Source: an uncultured Gemmatimonadales bacterium (GTDB lineage Bacteria; Gemmatimonadota; Gemmatimonadetes; Longimicrobiales; Gaopeijiaceae). From it: 64,000 bases of DNA. The notes under the pieces are model-generated. The model saw nothing but the letters and a program-made list of their open reading frames with translations, made no database searches and was not told the origin of the DNA. Positions 21,038 to 29,311 of this stretch are shown here, piece after piece. The number at the start of each line of letters is the position of its first letter. Within the stretch, counting starts at the first letter, position 1. Both the position numbers and the translations under genes were made by a program. The DNA lies in contig OY970395.1 of the NCBI GenBank assembly GCA_963720485.1, forward strand, positions 2,264,885 through 2,328,884. The letters run 5' to 3'.

Positions 21038-22524
21038 GCAGGCGGCTTGGAGACCCCGGATGCGGCGTCAGGGGCGGGAAGGCCGGCGCGCTCCGTGAGG
21101 ACGGCGTCGGCCACGCCCTCGTCGGTCAGGAAGCGCCCCAGCCAGGCGGCCTCCGCGGTGTCGGCGTACGCGCCGGCGTACAGGCGGTAGCGCCGGCCGC
21201 CCCCCGGTGCCGGGACCTCCAGCGCGTAGGCAGGAACGTCCCGGGCGTCCAGGGCTTCCACCCGGCGGCGCGCCTCGGCGGTGTCGCCGGCTTCGCCGAG
21301 GGCCCACGCCAGCGGCGTCGGGCGCACCACCCAGCGGGACGCATCCTCGCGGGGAAGCGTGGCGGCGAGGGACGCACGAAGGGCGAGGGTGCCGGCCGAG
21401 TCCAAAGCCGGACCCACCAGCAGCCGCTGGTAGACCGTACCTCCCACCTCCACGGGGGCCAGGACGAAGAGGAGGTCGGGGCGCAGGGTGCGGAGGCCGT
21501 CCCGCTGGCGCCGCGCCAGAGCCTGGTCCTGGAAGGCGCCCAGCGCCAGGGAGCTCGCCAGGACCGGTGCGGCCGGCGCGGCGGTGGGGGCCGGCCGTAC
21601 ATCGGCCGGCGCCGGCGCCGCAGTCGCGGTGGCGGTGGGAGGGGCCTGGAGCCCCGGGATCTTCAGCAGGCCGAACCACCAGGCGACCGCCGCGGCCGCC
21701 AGCACCAGGAGGAGGATCACCAGGAGAAGGGCCGTCCGGGGCCGCCGGGACGCTCCGGATCGGGGAGGCACGCGCCGGGGGAACGGGGGCGGCTCTTCGG
21801 AGGTCATCCGCGGGGCCGGCGCCACTTCCCCCGCTCCGGGAACGGCGTCGGGCACAGCCCCGGCCGGGGGAGGAGCGGGGAACGGGGCCGCCGCGGCATC
21901 CTCCCCGGGAGCGGCGGGCGCCGCACCGCTCCCCCGCGGCGGCCCCAGCACGGCCCTCACCCGGGCCTCCAGCCCCTCCACCGCCAGGCCTTCCACCTCG
22001 GCGGGAGAAGCCAGGAGGACCACGTCGGTCGCCCGCTCCAGGAGTTGCGGCACGCCGGCCTGCCCGGCCGGCACAAGGAGCACGACGTCGGCTCGGGCGG
22101 TGCGGAAGCCCTCGAGGATCGGCTCCCAGCGGGGGCTGCTGGCCACGGCCTTGCCGTCGGCCACCACCGTCCCCGCCGAAGCGAAGAAGTAGCGTCCGTC
22201 GGCCACCGGCCGGGCGATGCGCTGGACGGAGGCGCCGTAGAGGAACGCGTCGCTCACGCCCTCGCCGTTCTCGACCCCCACCACGTGGTGGAGCGTGGGG
22301 CGCTCCAGCGCCACGTCGGCGAGGAATACCCGCCGGCCCTGGTCGGCGAGACCACCGGCCAGGGCGGCCGCAGCCCGGGCCGCCCACCCTCGCTCACGGC
22401 TCTCCGGGCTCTCGAGCAGCACGATGACCGCGCCACCGTCGGAGGGGTCGGAAGAAGCTCGGATGTCGGGGACGGGAGGGGATGCAGGGTCGAACGGCTG
22501 CCACTCGGGGAGTTCCCGGCTCAT
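21034..22524 (-). CDS. ParA/MinD-fold domain lacking the Walker-A lysine, fused to a TM segment and two SPOR-like repeats
   Basis: The N-terminal roughly 200 aa align to the MinD/ParA fold, but the Walker A KGGxGKT is replaced by ESPESRERG. A Pro/Ala-rich linker and a TM helix (ALLLVILLLVLAAAAVAWWF) follow. The C-terminus has two SPOR-like segments (..GAFQDQALARRQRDGL.. and ..YRLYAGAYADTAEAAWLGRFLTDEG..). The stop overlaps the smc start (ATGA). Confidence 0.75.
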   Translation of the reverse strand: MSRELPEWQPFDPASPPVPDIRASSDPSDGGAVIVLLESPESRERGWAARAAAALAGGLADQGRRVFLADVALERPTLHHVVGVENGEGVSDAFLYGASVQRIARPVADGRYFFASAGTVVADGKAVASSPRWEPILEGFRTARADVVLLVPAGQAGVPQLLERATDVVLLASPAEVEGLAVEGLEARVRAVLGPPRGSGAAPAAPGEDAAAAPFPAPPPAGAVPDAVPGAGEVAPAPRMTSEEPPPFPRRVPPRSGASRRPRTALLLVILLLVLAAAAVAWWFGLLKIPGLQAPPTATATAAPAPADVRPAPTAAPAAPVLASSLALGAFQDQALARRQRDGLRTLRPDLLFVLAPVEVGGTVYQRLLVGPALDSAGTLALRASLAATLPREDASRWVVRPTPLAWALGEAGDTAEARRRVEALDARDVPAYALEVPAPGGGRRYRLYAGAYADTAEAAWLGRFLTDEGVADAVLTERAGLPAPDAASGVSKPPA

Positions 22525-22620
22525 GGGCGCATCCGGTGCTGGTTCGGCGGCTGGTTCAGCCTACGGAGACGGGGCGGAGAAAGGTACCTGCAGGGGGCAC
22601 CTCCGGCAATCGGCCCGCCC

Positions 22621-23013
22621 TCAGGCTTCGCCGGCCGGGCCGGAATCCTCCAACTCCTGGCGGGGAGCGTCCCCCCACAGCGCCTCGAGCTGGTAGAAGT
22701 CCCGCGCCTGGGGATGGAAGACGTGCACGACGAAGTCGATGTAGTCCAGCAGGACCCAACGCCCGCCCTCCATGCCCTCCACGTGGCCCGGGCGAAGCCC
22801 TTCCTTCTTGAGCTCCTCCAGGATGTGGTCGCTGATGGCCCGGACCTGGATGTCCGAGTTCCCGGTGCCGATGAGGAAGAAGTCGGTGGCGCTGGAGATG
22901 CCCCGCAGGTCCAGGGCCACCACGTCGGAGGCCTTGCGTTCGGCCGCCAGCTCGGCGGCGCGGCGCACCTCCGCGGGAAGCTCGAAGCCCGTGGTCTCGC
23001 TGGTCGGCTGCAT
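22621..23013 (-). CDS. rsfS: ribosome silencing factor RsfS (Iojap)
   Basis: 130 aa with ASDVVALDLRGISSATDFFLIGTGNSDIQVRAISDHI. Confidence 0.9.
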   Translation of the reverse strand: MQPTSETTGFELPAEVRRAAELAAERKASDVVALDLRGISSATDFFLIGTGNSDIQVRAISDHILEELKKEGLRPGHVEGMEGGRWVLLDYIDFVVHVFHPQARDFYQLEALWGDAPRQELEDSGPAGEA

Positions 23014-23019
23014 GCCGGG

Positions 23020-23478
23020 CTAGCCCTCCTCCCGCTCCACCTTCACCTCGACCTCCACGACCACCTCGCTGAAGAGGCGCACGGGCACCATGAAGGCGCC
23101 GAGCTGCTTCAGCGGCTCCTCCAGGTCCACTTGGCGGCGGTCCACCTCGAAGTCCAGCTCCAGGGCGTTCAGCCGGTCGGTGATGTCGCCGTTGGTGACC
23201 GAGCCGAAGAGCTTGCCCTCCTCGCCGGCGCGGGCATGGAAGGTCAGGCTGACGCCCTCGAGCTGGGACGCCCGCCGGCGTGCCTCGAGGTAGTCCCGGC
23301 GCGCCCGCTCCTCCGCCTTCGCCTTCTCGGCCTCGAGCCGCCTCACGTTGGCCTCGCTGGCCTCGTAGGCGAACCCCTGGGGGATGAGGTAGTTGCGGGC
23401 GTAGCCCGGCTTCACGTCCACGACGTCGCCGGACGTGCCCAGGTTCTCCATGTCTTCCTTCAGAATCACCTTCGTCAT
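23020..23478 (-). CDS. rplI: 50S ribosomal protein L9
   Basis: MTKVILKEDMENLGTSGDVVDVKPGYARNYLIPQGFA. An AAGGAGAGAG Shine-Dalgarno sequence lies upstream. Confidence 0.9.
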   Translation of the reverse strand: MTKVILKEDMENLGTSGDVVDVKPGYARNYLIPQGFAYEASEANVRRLEAEKAKAEERARRDYLEARRRASQLEGVSLTFHARAGEEGKLFGSVTNGDITDRLNALELDFEVDRRQVDLEEPLKQLGAFMVPVRLFSEVVVEVEVKVEREEG

Positions 23479-23507
23479 TGCTCTCTCCTTGGTCCCGATG
23501 CCTCGCC

Positions 23508-24491
23508 TCAGGCGGCCGCCTGACGGATGCGCCGCCGGATGTCCAACCACGTGTCACCCAACCCGATCATCACGGCGCCGGCCAGCAGCACGGGCGCCAG
23601 GAAGAGCATCCCCAGCGCCAGCAGGAAGGCGCCCAGCGCCGACACCCCGCCCCCCATGAACACCACCACCGCCGCTCCCCGGAGCGCGTACAGGGCTCCC
23701 ATGAACACCACCGCGTTGGCGCCCACCCGGGCCGGGCCGCCGTGCCCGCCCGCCACCAGCAGCACCAGGCCGCCGATGAAGAGCCACACGAGGTGATCGT
23801 TGAAGCGGAACTCCCTGAGCCGGCCGAGCCCCCGATCGGAGCCGTGGGCCAGCCGCACGTACAGCCACCACGCCACGCCCAACGCCGCCATGGAGGCCAA
23901 CCCCAGCATGGCCGGGAAGACCCTCGCCTGGGCCTCGACGGTGCGGTAGATGGTGGAGACCACCCCCGGGGAGAGCGCCTGTCCCTCCCCCCGGACGGCG
24001 CGGATGGCGTCCAGCGCCGTCTCCACGCCCGTGCGCAGGCGCTGGGCCATGCTCCAGTCCAGCGTGCTCCACGATCCGGGGCGCACGCCCAGGATGGTCG
24101 CGGCCACCGCCGTGGCCCCGGCCACCGATCCCAGGGCCCGGGCTACGAAGCCCTCGTCGGGCCAGCGGAGCGTCAGGGCCAGGAACCATCCACCCACGAG
24201 CACACCCCAGCCCCGCTCGGCGTACCAGAGGCCGCCCTGGCCAGCGCCCGTCGCCACGAGGAACACGGCCAGCGCCGCCCACAGGTAGGCGGCCCGCTCC
24301 CGCACCGGAAGCCCCGCCACCAGCAGTACGAAGGGGATCCCCACCAGCACCGACGGCTGGACCACCGAGAGGGCCAGCGTCAGGACGAAGAGGAGCAGGA
24401 CCCGGATCCAGCTCTGGCTCCGGGGTTCCGCCGCCCCGCCGCTGCCGTCGGGAGAGCCGAACTCGCCCGCGCCGTGCTCGGGAGAGCTCAC
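23508..24491 (-). CDS. DUF2232-family polytopic membrane protein (YybS-like)
   Basis: Multi-TM protein located upstream of rplI, as yybS is in Firmicutes. Confidence 0.7.
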   Translation of the reverse strand: MSSPEHGAGEFGSPDGSGGAAEPRSQSWIRVLLLFVLTLALSVVQPSVLVGIPFVLLVAGLPVRERAAYLWAALAVFLVATGAGQGGLWYAERGWGVLVGGWFLALTLRWPDEGFVARALGSVAGATAVAATILGVRPGSWSTLDWSMAQRLRTGVETALDAIRAVRGEGQALSPGVVSTIYRTVEAQARVFPAMLGLASMAALGVAWWLYVRLAHGSDRGLGRLREFRFNDHLVWLFIGGLVLLVAGGHGGPARVGANAVVFMGALYALRGAAVVVFMGGGVSALGAFLLALGMLFLAPVLLAGAVMIGLGDTWLDIRRRIRQAAA

Positions 24492-24510
24492 GTCCGGCCG
24501 TCCAGGGCCC

Positions 24511-25149
24511 TCAGACCTCGTGGTCGCGAACGTAGGGGATGAGCGCCAGGTAGCGCGCCCGCTTCACCGCCGAGCCGAGCTGGCGCTGGAAGCGCGCGTT
24601 GACCTTGGTGGTGCGCTTGGGCAGGATCTTCCCCTGCTCGGTGAGGAACTTGGAGAGCGTGCTCACGTCCTTGTAGTTGAGCAGCTCGATGGCCGGCCCC
24701 TCGTGGCGGCGGCGGCGTCCGCGGCCCCCCGAGAACTCCGGCGGGCTCTCCGCGTCGTCGTCCTCGTCTTCGTCCTCGTCTTCGTCTTCGTCGTCGTCGT
24801 CGTCCTCCTCGCCCTCGGGACGGGGAGGGCGCTCGGCCATGATGGAGAGCCCATTGGTAGGCTCCCCCTCGTTGAGCACCAGCAGGTAGCGGAGCAGCTC
24901 GTCGTCGAGCTTGAGGATGCGCTCGAACTCCACGAGGCTCGTGGCTTCGGCGTTGACCTGGGCCACGACGTAGTAGCCGGTCTTGCTGCCGCGGATGGGG
25001 TAGGCGAGCTGGCGGTTGCCCCAGTGGTCCACGGCCACCACCTCGCCACCGTCCGCGGTGGCCAGGCCATGGAACCTCTCCAGCTTCTTGTCGATGGCGC
25101 CCTCGTCGAGGGCGGCGTCGAAGATGTAGACGACTTCGTAGAGCCGCAT
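24511..25149 (-). CDS. rpsF: ribosomal protein bS6 (N-terminal) fused in-frame to bS18 (C-terminal) through an Asp/Glu-rich linker
   Basis: MRLYEVVYIFDAAL...GYYVVAQVNAEATSLVEFERILKLDDELLRYLLV matches S6. The linker is EEDDDDDEDEDEDEDEDDDAESPPEF. GRGRRRRHEGPAIELLNYKDVSTLSKFLTEQGKILPKRTTKVNARFQRQLGSAVKRARYLALIPY matches S18. The nucleotide sequence was re-translated by eye and no stop lies between the two parts. Confidence 0.8.
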   Translation of the reverse strand: MRLYEVVYIFDAALDEGAIDKKLERFHGLATADGGEVVAVDHWGNRQLAYPIRGSKTGYYVVAQVNAEATSLVEFERILKLDDELLRYLLVLNEGEPTNGLSIMAERPPRPEGEEDDDDDEDEDEDEDEDDDAESPPEFSGGRGRRRRHEGPAIELLNYKDVSTLSKFLTEQGKILPKRTTKVNARFQRQLGSAVKRARYLALIPYVRDHEV

Positions 25150-25383
25150 GGCGATCCCTCGGTCCGTTTCGGTACGGGCCCCGTCACCCACCCGTCCCTG
25201 CGCAGGACCGGGCACGACGGAGCGGGATGATGTGAGGCCAGGAACATAGGGGCTCTCCCCGTCGTCCGGAACCCCCCGGGGGTTCGAGTACAGCCGTCGT
25301 CGCCGTCGCGGCACGGCCCTTGAACGGGAGCCACCACGACGGCTCTCGATCTCGTCCACATCCTCCCGACAGGAACGGCCACC

Positions 25384-26097
25384 ATGGTGAGGAGGCTGGT
25401 CCCGCTGGCCCTTCCCCTGTTGACCCTGGCATGCGCCACGGTCCGGGCGGAGCCCCCCGCGCCCGACCCCCTCAGCCGGGGCGTCGTGGCGCTGGAGGCC
25501 GGCCGGTGGGGGGAAGCCGAGAGTGCGCTCCACGAGGTGGCCGGCCGCTGCGAGAGCGGCCTGTCCGGGGTCGACGCCCTCCTGCTGCTCTCCACGGCGG
25601 CCCTGGACCCCGGGAACCCGGGACGTGATCCGTCCCGGGCCGCCGGCTATGCCGGCCACGTGATCCAGCTCCCCGACGTGGACGCGGTGCGGCTGGCGTT
25701 GGCCCGCGGGCTCTACCTCGCGGCGCTGGACGAGGGAGCCCGCCTCCCCGCCAGCCGGGTGCGGGACGCCGAAGACGCCCGTCCTCCGATCCCCAGGGCC
25801 GCCCCGGCGGTCTCCAACCGCTTCTCGGCGTGCGGGGAGCCCCCGACACCCACCGCCGCCCGCCCCCTGCCCTCCTTCCCCGGCACCCCCCTGGCGGAGG
25901 CGCTGGAGCGGGAGCGGTCCCGCGCCGACTCCATGGACGCGCTGCTGCGCTCGGCCGGGGAGGCGGTGGATGCAGCGAGCGCCGGGGGCGACGTGTCCAA
26001 CGAGAAGGAGGTGAGCCAGCTGCAGGACCGCGTGAAGGCGCTGGAGGCCGAGCTGGCCCGCATCCGCCGGCTGCTCCGCAAGGGCGGCAGGCGCTGA
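25384..26097 (+). CDS. hypothetical lipoprotein (237 aa)
   Basis: Signal peptide with lipobox (LLTLACATV). C-terminal coiled-coil region. Confidence 0.6.
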   Translation: MVRRLVPLALPLLTLACATVRAEPPAPDPLSRGVVALEAGRWGEAESALHEVAGRCESGLSGVDALLLLSTAALDPGNPGRDPSRAAGYAGHVIQLPDVDAVRLALARGLYLAALDEGARLPASRVRDAEDARPPIPRAAPAVSNRFSACGEPPTPTAARPLPSFPGTPLAEALERERSRADSMDALLRSAGEAVDAASAGGDVSNEKEVSQLQDRVKALEAELARIRRLLRKGGRR

Positions 26098-26104
26098 CGC
26101 CGGC

Positions 26105-27622
26105 ATGGCCAACCCCTCCCTCTCGGTCCGCGGGCGGCTCCTCCTGACCTTCCTGGCGCTGGCCGCCCTGCTCCTGGTGCCGGCGGGGTACGCGGCGTTT
26201 CAGCTCGCCCAGCTCCGGGACCTGGCCGTGGAGGGGCGGGCACGGCACGCCGGCGCCACGTTGGCGCTGGGCCGCTTCCAGGCCCGCCTGTCCGACCTGG
26301 ACCGCTTCGCCCGGAGCTACGTGGCCGCCCCCGACTCGGCGCTCAGGGCCTCCACCTGGCGCGCCCTGGACAGCCTGGAGGCCGAGCTCCCCCGCCTGAC
26401 CGACTTCGGCTACGGGGAGGCGGCCGACTCCCTGAGGGGGGTGGTCACCGGGATGGAGGCCAGCGCCGACACCCTAACGCGCCTGGTGGAGGCCGGACGG
26501 CTGCAAGAGGCGTCGGGCGGCGCCTTCGACGACCTCATGGCCCGCATCACGGTGGCCACCCAGCTCCTCAACCGGGTGGGGGAGACGGTGGACCGGCGCA
26601 GCCAGGCGGACTTCCGCCGGGCGCGGGAGATCAGCGCCGGCGCGGCGTGGACCACGTGGGCGGGGGTGGGGGGCGCTCTCCTCCTGGCGGCCATCATGGC
26701 GCTGTGGAGCACCGGCGCCCTGGTGCGTCCGCTCCAGCGGCTCAGGGACGGCATGGCGGACGTGGGCGAGGGGAGCTTCCAATCTCCCCCCGACCTCCCC
26801 TACGAGCGGGAGGACGAGATCGGTGACCTGGCCCGCTCCTTCCGGTGGATGACGGCCCGACTGGCCAAGCTGGACCGCATGAAGGCCGAGTTCGCCGGCG
26901 TGGCGACCCACGAGCTCAAGAACCCCATCAACGTGATCCAGGGCTACGCCGCCCTCATGGCCGACGGAACGCTGGGCCCCGTCCCCCAGGAGCAGCGGGA
27001 CGTGCTCCGGACCGTGGAGGAGCAGACCCGGAACCTCACGCGCCTGGTGGACCGCCTCCTCCAGATCAGCCGGCTCGAGGCCGGGGCGTACCCAGTCCAC
27101 CCCGAGGCCACGTCGCCCCGGGACCTTCTCGCGGCGGTGGAGCGCTCCTTCGGCGTCCTGGCGCGGCGGAAGGGGGTGGAGCTCACGGTGGAGGCGGACC
27201 CCTCCACACCCGACACCGCCGTCCTCGACGCCGACGTCATCCGGGACGAGGTGCTGGGCAACCTCCTCTCCAACGCCCTCAAGTACACCCCCGAGGGGGG
27301 CGACATCCGCGTGGTCAGCCGGAGTGACGAGGAGGCGCTGCTCCTGGAGGTGTCGGATTCGGGACCCGGAATCCCCCCGGAGAAGCGGGAGCAGGTGTTC
27401 GACAAGTACGTCCAGGCGGAGCGTGCGGACCGGGACCTGGGCTCGGGCCTGGGGCTGGCGATCGCCCGGGAGATCGTGGAGGCCCACGCCGGCGAGATCA
27501 CGCTGGTGGACGAGCCTGGGCGGGGGGCAAGCTTCCGGATCCGTCTACCCCTGGGGGGACCGGAAGCACCCGGCCCCCAGGAAGCGCCGGCCGGGGCGGT
27601 GGAGGAGGTGGGGGCGGGGTAG
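26105..27622 (+). CDS. sensor histidine kinase (2 TM + periplasmic sensor + HAMP + HisKA + HATPase_c)
   Basis: TM1 is at the N-terminus, TM2 near residues 165-190, followed by HAMP. Carries the H-box (FAGVATHELKNP) and N, G1, G2 boxes (LLSNALKYT, DSGPGIP, GSGLGLAIAREIV). Confidence 0.9.
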   Translation: MANPSLSVRGRLLLTFLALAALLLVPAGYAAFQLAQLRDLAVEGRARHAGATLALGRFQARLSDLDRFARSYVAAPDSALRASTWRALDSLEAELPRLTDFGYGEAADSLRGVVTGMEASADTLTRLVEAGRLQEASGGAFDDLMARITVATQLLNRVGETVDRRSQADFRRAREISAGAAWTTWAGVGGALLLAAIMALWSTGALVRPLQRLRDGMADVGEGSFQSPPDLPYEREDEIGDLARSFRWMTARLAKLDRMKAEFAGVATHELKNPINVIQGYAALMADGTLGPVPQEQRDVLRTVEEQTRNLTRLVDRLLQISRLEAGAYPVHPEATSPRDLLAAVERSFGVLARRKGVELTVEADPSTPDTAVLDADVIRDEVLGNLLSNALKYTPEGGDIRVVSRSDEEALLLEVSDSGPGIPPEKREQVFDKYVQAERADRDLGSGLGLAIAREIVEAHAGEITLVDEPGRGASFRIRLPLGGPEAPGPQEAPAGAVEEVGAG

Positions 27623-27624
27623 CT

Positions 27625-28077
27625 TCAGCCCCTGGCCGCGTTTCCGTCCGAGGGGCGGGGATGGGCCTCCCAGCTCGCCGCCACCATCCGGTCCACCGCC
27701 TCCTTCATCTCCCCCCGGAGCCTCTCCACAGCGACCTCGTCCCCCTCCACCGTGGCCCAGTGGAGCTCCCGGACCATTCCGATGAACTCCCTCACCACGC
27801 CCCGGAGCTGGAGGTTGGTGCGCTCGTTGACCACGAAGGGGTGGGCGGCGTACCAGATGCCCAGGAGCAGGAAGGCGATCCCGATCGTCACGCCGACCAC
27901 GCTCCACACGTAGCTGCTGCTGAAGTAGAAGACCAGGCTCCCGAAGACGAAGCCCATGCCCAATATCGCGCTCGCCGTGGGCAGGCGGGCGGCGAGCCGC
28001 CGGCGGGTGCTCTGCTGCTGTGGCATCGGCTTCCTCCGAATCGCGGAGACCTCCCTCTTGGTGGGCCCTGGTGTCAT
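27625..28077 (-). CDS. hypothetical small membrane protein (2 TM), translationally coupled to the upstream pilin gene
   Basis: The start overlaps the pilin stop (ATGA). An alternative Met lies at 28026. Contains two hydrophobic helices. Confidence 0.55.
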   Translation of the reverse strand: MTPGPTKREVSAIRRKPMPQQQSTRRRLAARLPTASAILGMGFVFGSLVFYFSSSYVWSVVGVTIGIAFLLLGIWYAAHPFVVNERTNLQLRGVVREFIGMVRELHWATVEGDEVAVERLRGEMKEAVDRMVAASWEAHPRPSDGNAARG

Positions 28078-28553
28078 GGTGCGTTCCCCTTCCCGTTCCC
28101 GCCTCCGTTCCCGGGGGAGCCTCCGCCACCCCCGCCTCCGCCGTGGCCCTTCGGCTCGCACGCCATCTTCCCTTCTTCCACGGCGGGAGGGAAGATGGGT
28201 TGGATGTCCCCGACGAAGATCGCGCACCGGTAGTTCGTCAGGGTCTGGTGCATCACCCGGATGGTGTAGCCGGAGGGCCCGGAGACCATGTTCACGATCA
28301 CCTGGGGGCTCTTCGTATAGTCGAGAAGGGGGTAGGTGGGCGCGTACTGCCCGTGCTCGATGAAGTACACCTCCTGGGAGTAGACCAGGTTGCGGAGGTC
28401 CGACTTGAGCATGGCGAGGTAGGCCGCCTTGCGGGCGTCCATGTTCTGGACGGCGATCCCGGCCAGGATCCCGAGGATCACCATGGTGATCAGGAGCTCC
28501 ACCAGGGTGAACCCGCCGCGCCCGTGCCGGCGGACACCGCGACGGGGGCCCAC
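28074..28553 (-). CDS. type IV pilin / pseudopilin-like protein (prepilin-type N-terminal cleavage/methylation domain) with Gly-rich C-terminal tail
   Basis: A basic leader ends in Gly and is followed by FTLVELLITMVILGILAGIAV, the class-III signal plus hydrophobic alpha1. Glu5 is present. The tail is GHGGGGGGGGSPGNGGGNGKGNAP. GTG start. Confidence 0.75.
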   Translation of the reverse strand: MGPRRGVRRHGRGGFTLVELLITMVILGILAGIAVQNMDARKAAYLAMLKSDLRNLVYSQEVYFIEHGQYAPTYPLLDYTKSPQVIVNMVSGPSGYTIRVMHQTLTNYRCAIFVGDIQPIFPPAVEEGKMACEPKGHGGGGGGGGSPGNGGGNGKGNAP

Positions 28554-28639
28554 GTGCGCGGGCGCTTCCGGTCCGGGGCGCTGGGGAGGGAGCGGGCGGC
28601 GTCCTGCTCGCGCCTCTTCCTCGCGGCTCCCGCCCCGGG

Positions 28640-28662
28640 GCTGCAAGACTTCTCCATGCCAA
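28640..28662 (-). promoter_or_regulatory. candidate sigma-54 (-24/-12) promoter upstream of the pilin gene
   Basis: The minus strand reads TGGAGA-A-GTCT-TTGCA with canonical -24 GG to -12 GC spacing, about 90 nt upstream of the pilin GTG. The -24 half-site is a weak match. Confidence 0.25.
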
Positions 28663-29133
28663 CCCCCAGCCGGCCCGTCGTCTCCGTCCTGGTCGCCGAC
28701 GACGACGAGAGCGAGCGTGTGCTCATCCAGCACATCCTCCAGAGCGCCGACGGCGTCCGACACCGTGTGACCACCGTGCCCGACGGCCGCTCCGCCCTGT
28801 CGGCGCTGCGCGAGCAGGTGTTCGACGTCGCGCCCTCCTCGACGTGAGCATGCCGGGCCTGGACGGGCTCGAGGTGCTGCAGGCGGTGGCGGGAGACCCG
28901 ACCCGCCCCCAGGTGGTGTTCGTCTCGGGGAGCGGTAGCATCTCCACGGCCACCCGGGCGATGAAGCTCGGCGCCTACGACTTCGTGGAGAAGCCGGTGG
29001 ACCGGGATCGTCTGCACCCTCCGACGCCTCCGTCCTCATCACCGGCGAGTCGGGAACGGGCAAGGAGCTCGTGGCCCGGGCGCTCCACAGGCTGTCGGGC
29101 AGGCTCAACGAGCCGCTGGGCATTTCCATTTGA
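28656..29133 (+). pseudogene. remnant of an NtrC-family sigma-54-dependent response regulator (receiver domain and start of AAA+ domain), frameshifted and truncated
   Basis: The receiver domain is split across two frames (MPTPSRPVVSVLVADDDESERVLI... / LDVSMPGLDGLEVLQAV...[17 protein letters not shown]). A third frame reads [35 protein letters not shown]-stop (sigma-54 AAA+ Walker A), then terminates about 35 residues in. Confidence 0.7.
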
Positions 29134-29311
29134 TCCCCCCGCTGGAAGCGTTCGTGCGGGGTAGAAGGCAATGTCGATGCCGCGCTGCGCAATACCTCTT
29201 AACTAATTGCCCATCAACGTCTTAGGCAATTCTAGACACAGGATGGACGGCCCGCCATGCTGTCGGATTCGGCCAACATGACCGGTCGCTGTGGCCGAAG
29301 GGGCGGGTTCC

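Noticed and set aside
17438-21190. 1250-aa plus-strand ORF antisense to smc
   Set aside because: Its composition is dominated by Gly/Leu/Pro/Arg/Ala with no domain-like segments. smc on the other strand has all its canonical motifs.
24511-26112. Upstream 321 codons of the ORF that contains rpsF-rpsR
   Set aside because: The region is Gly/Arg/Pro-rich. S6 homology starts exactly at MRLYEVVYIF (25149). The upstream region is the divergent promoter space shared with the lipoprotein gene at 25384.
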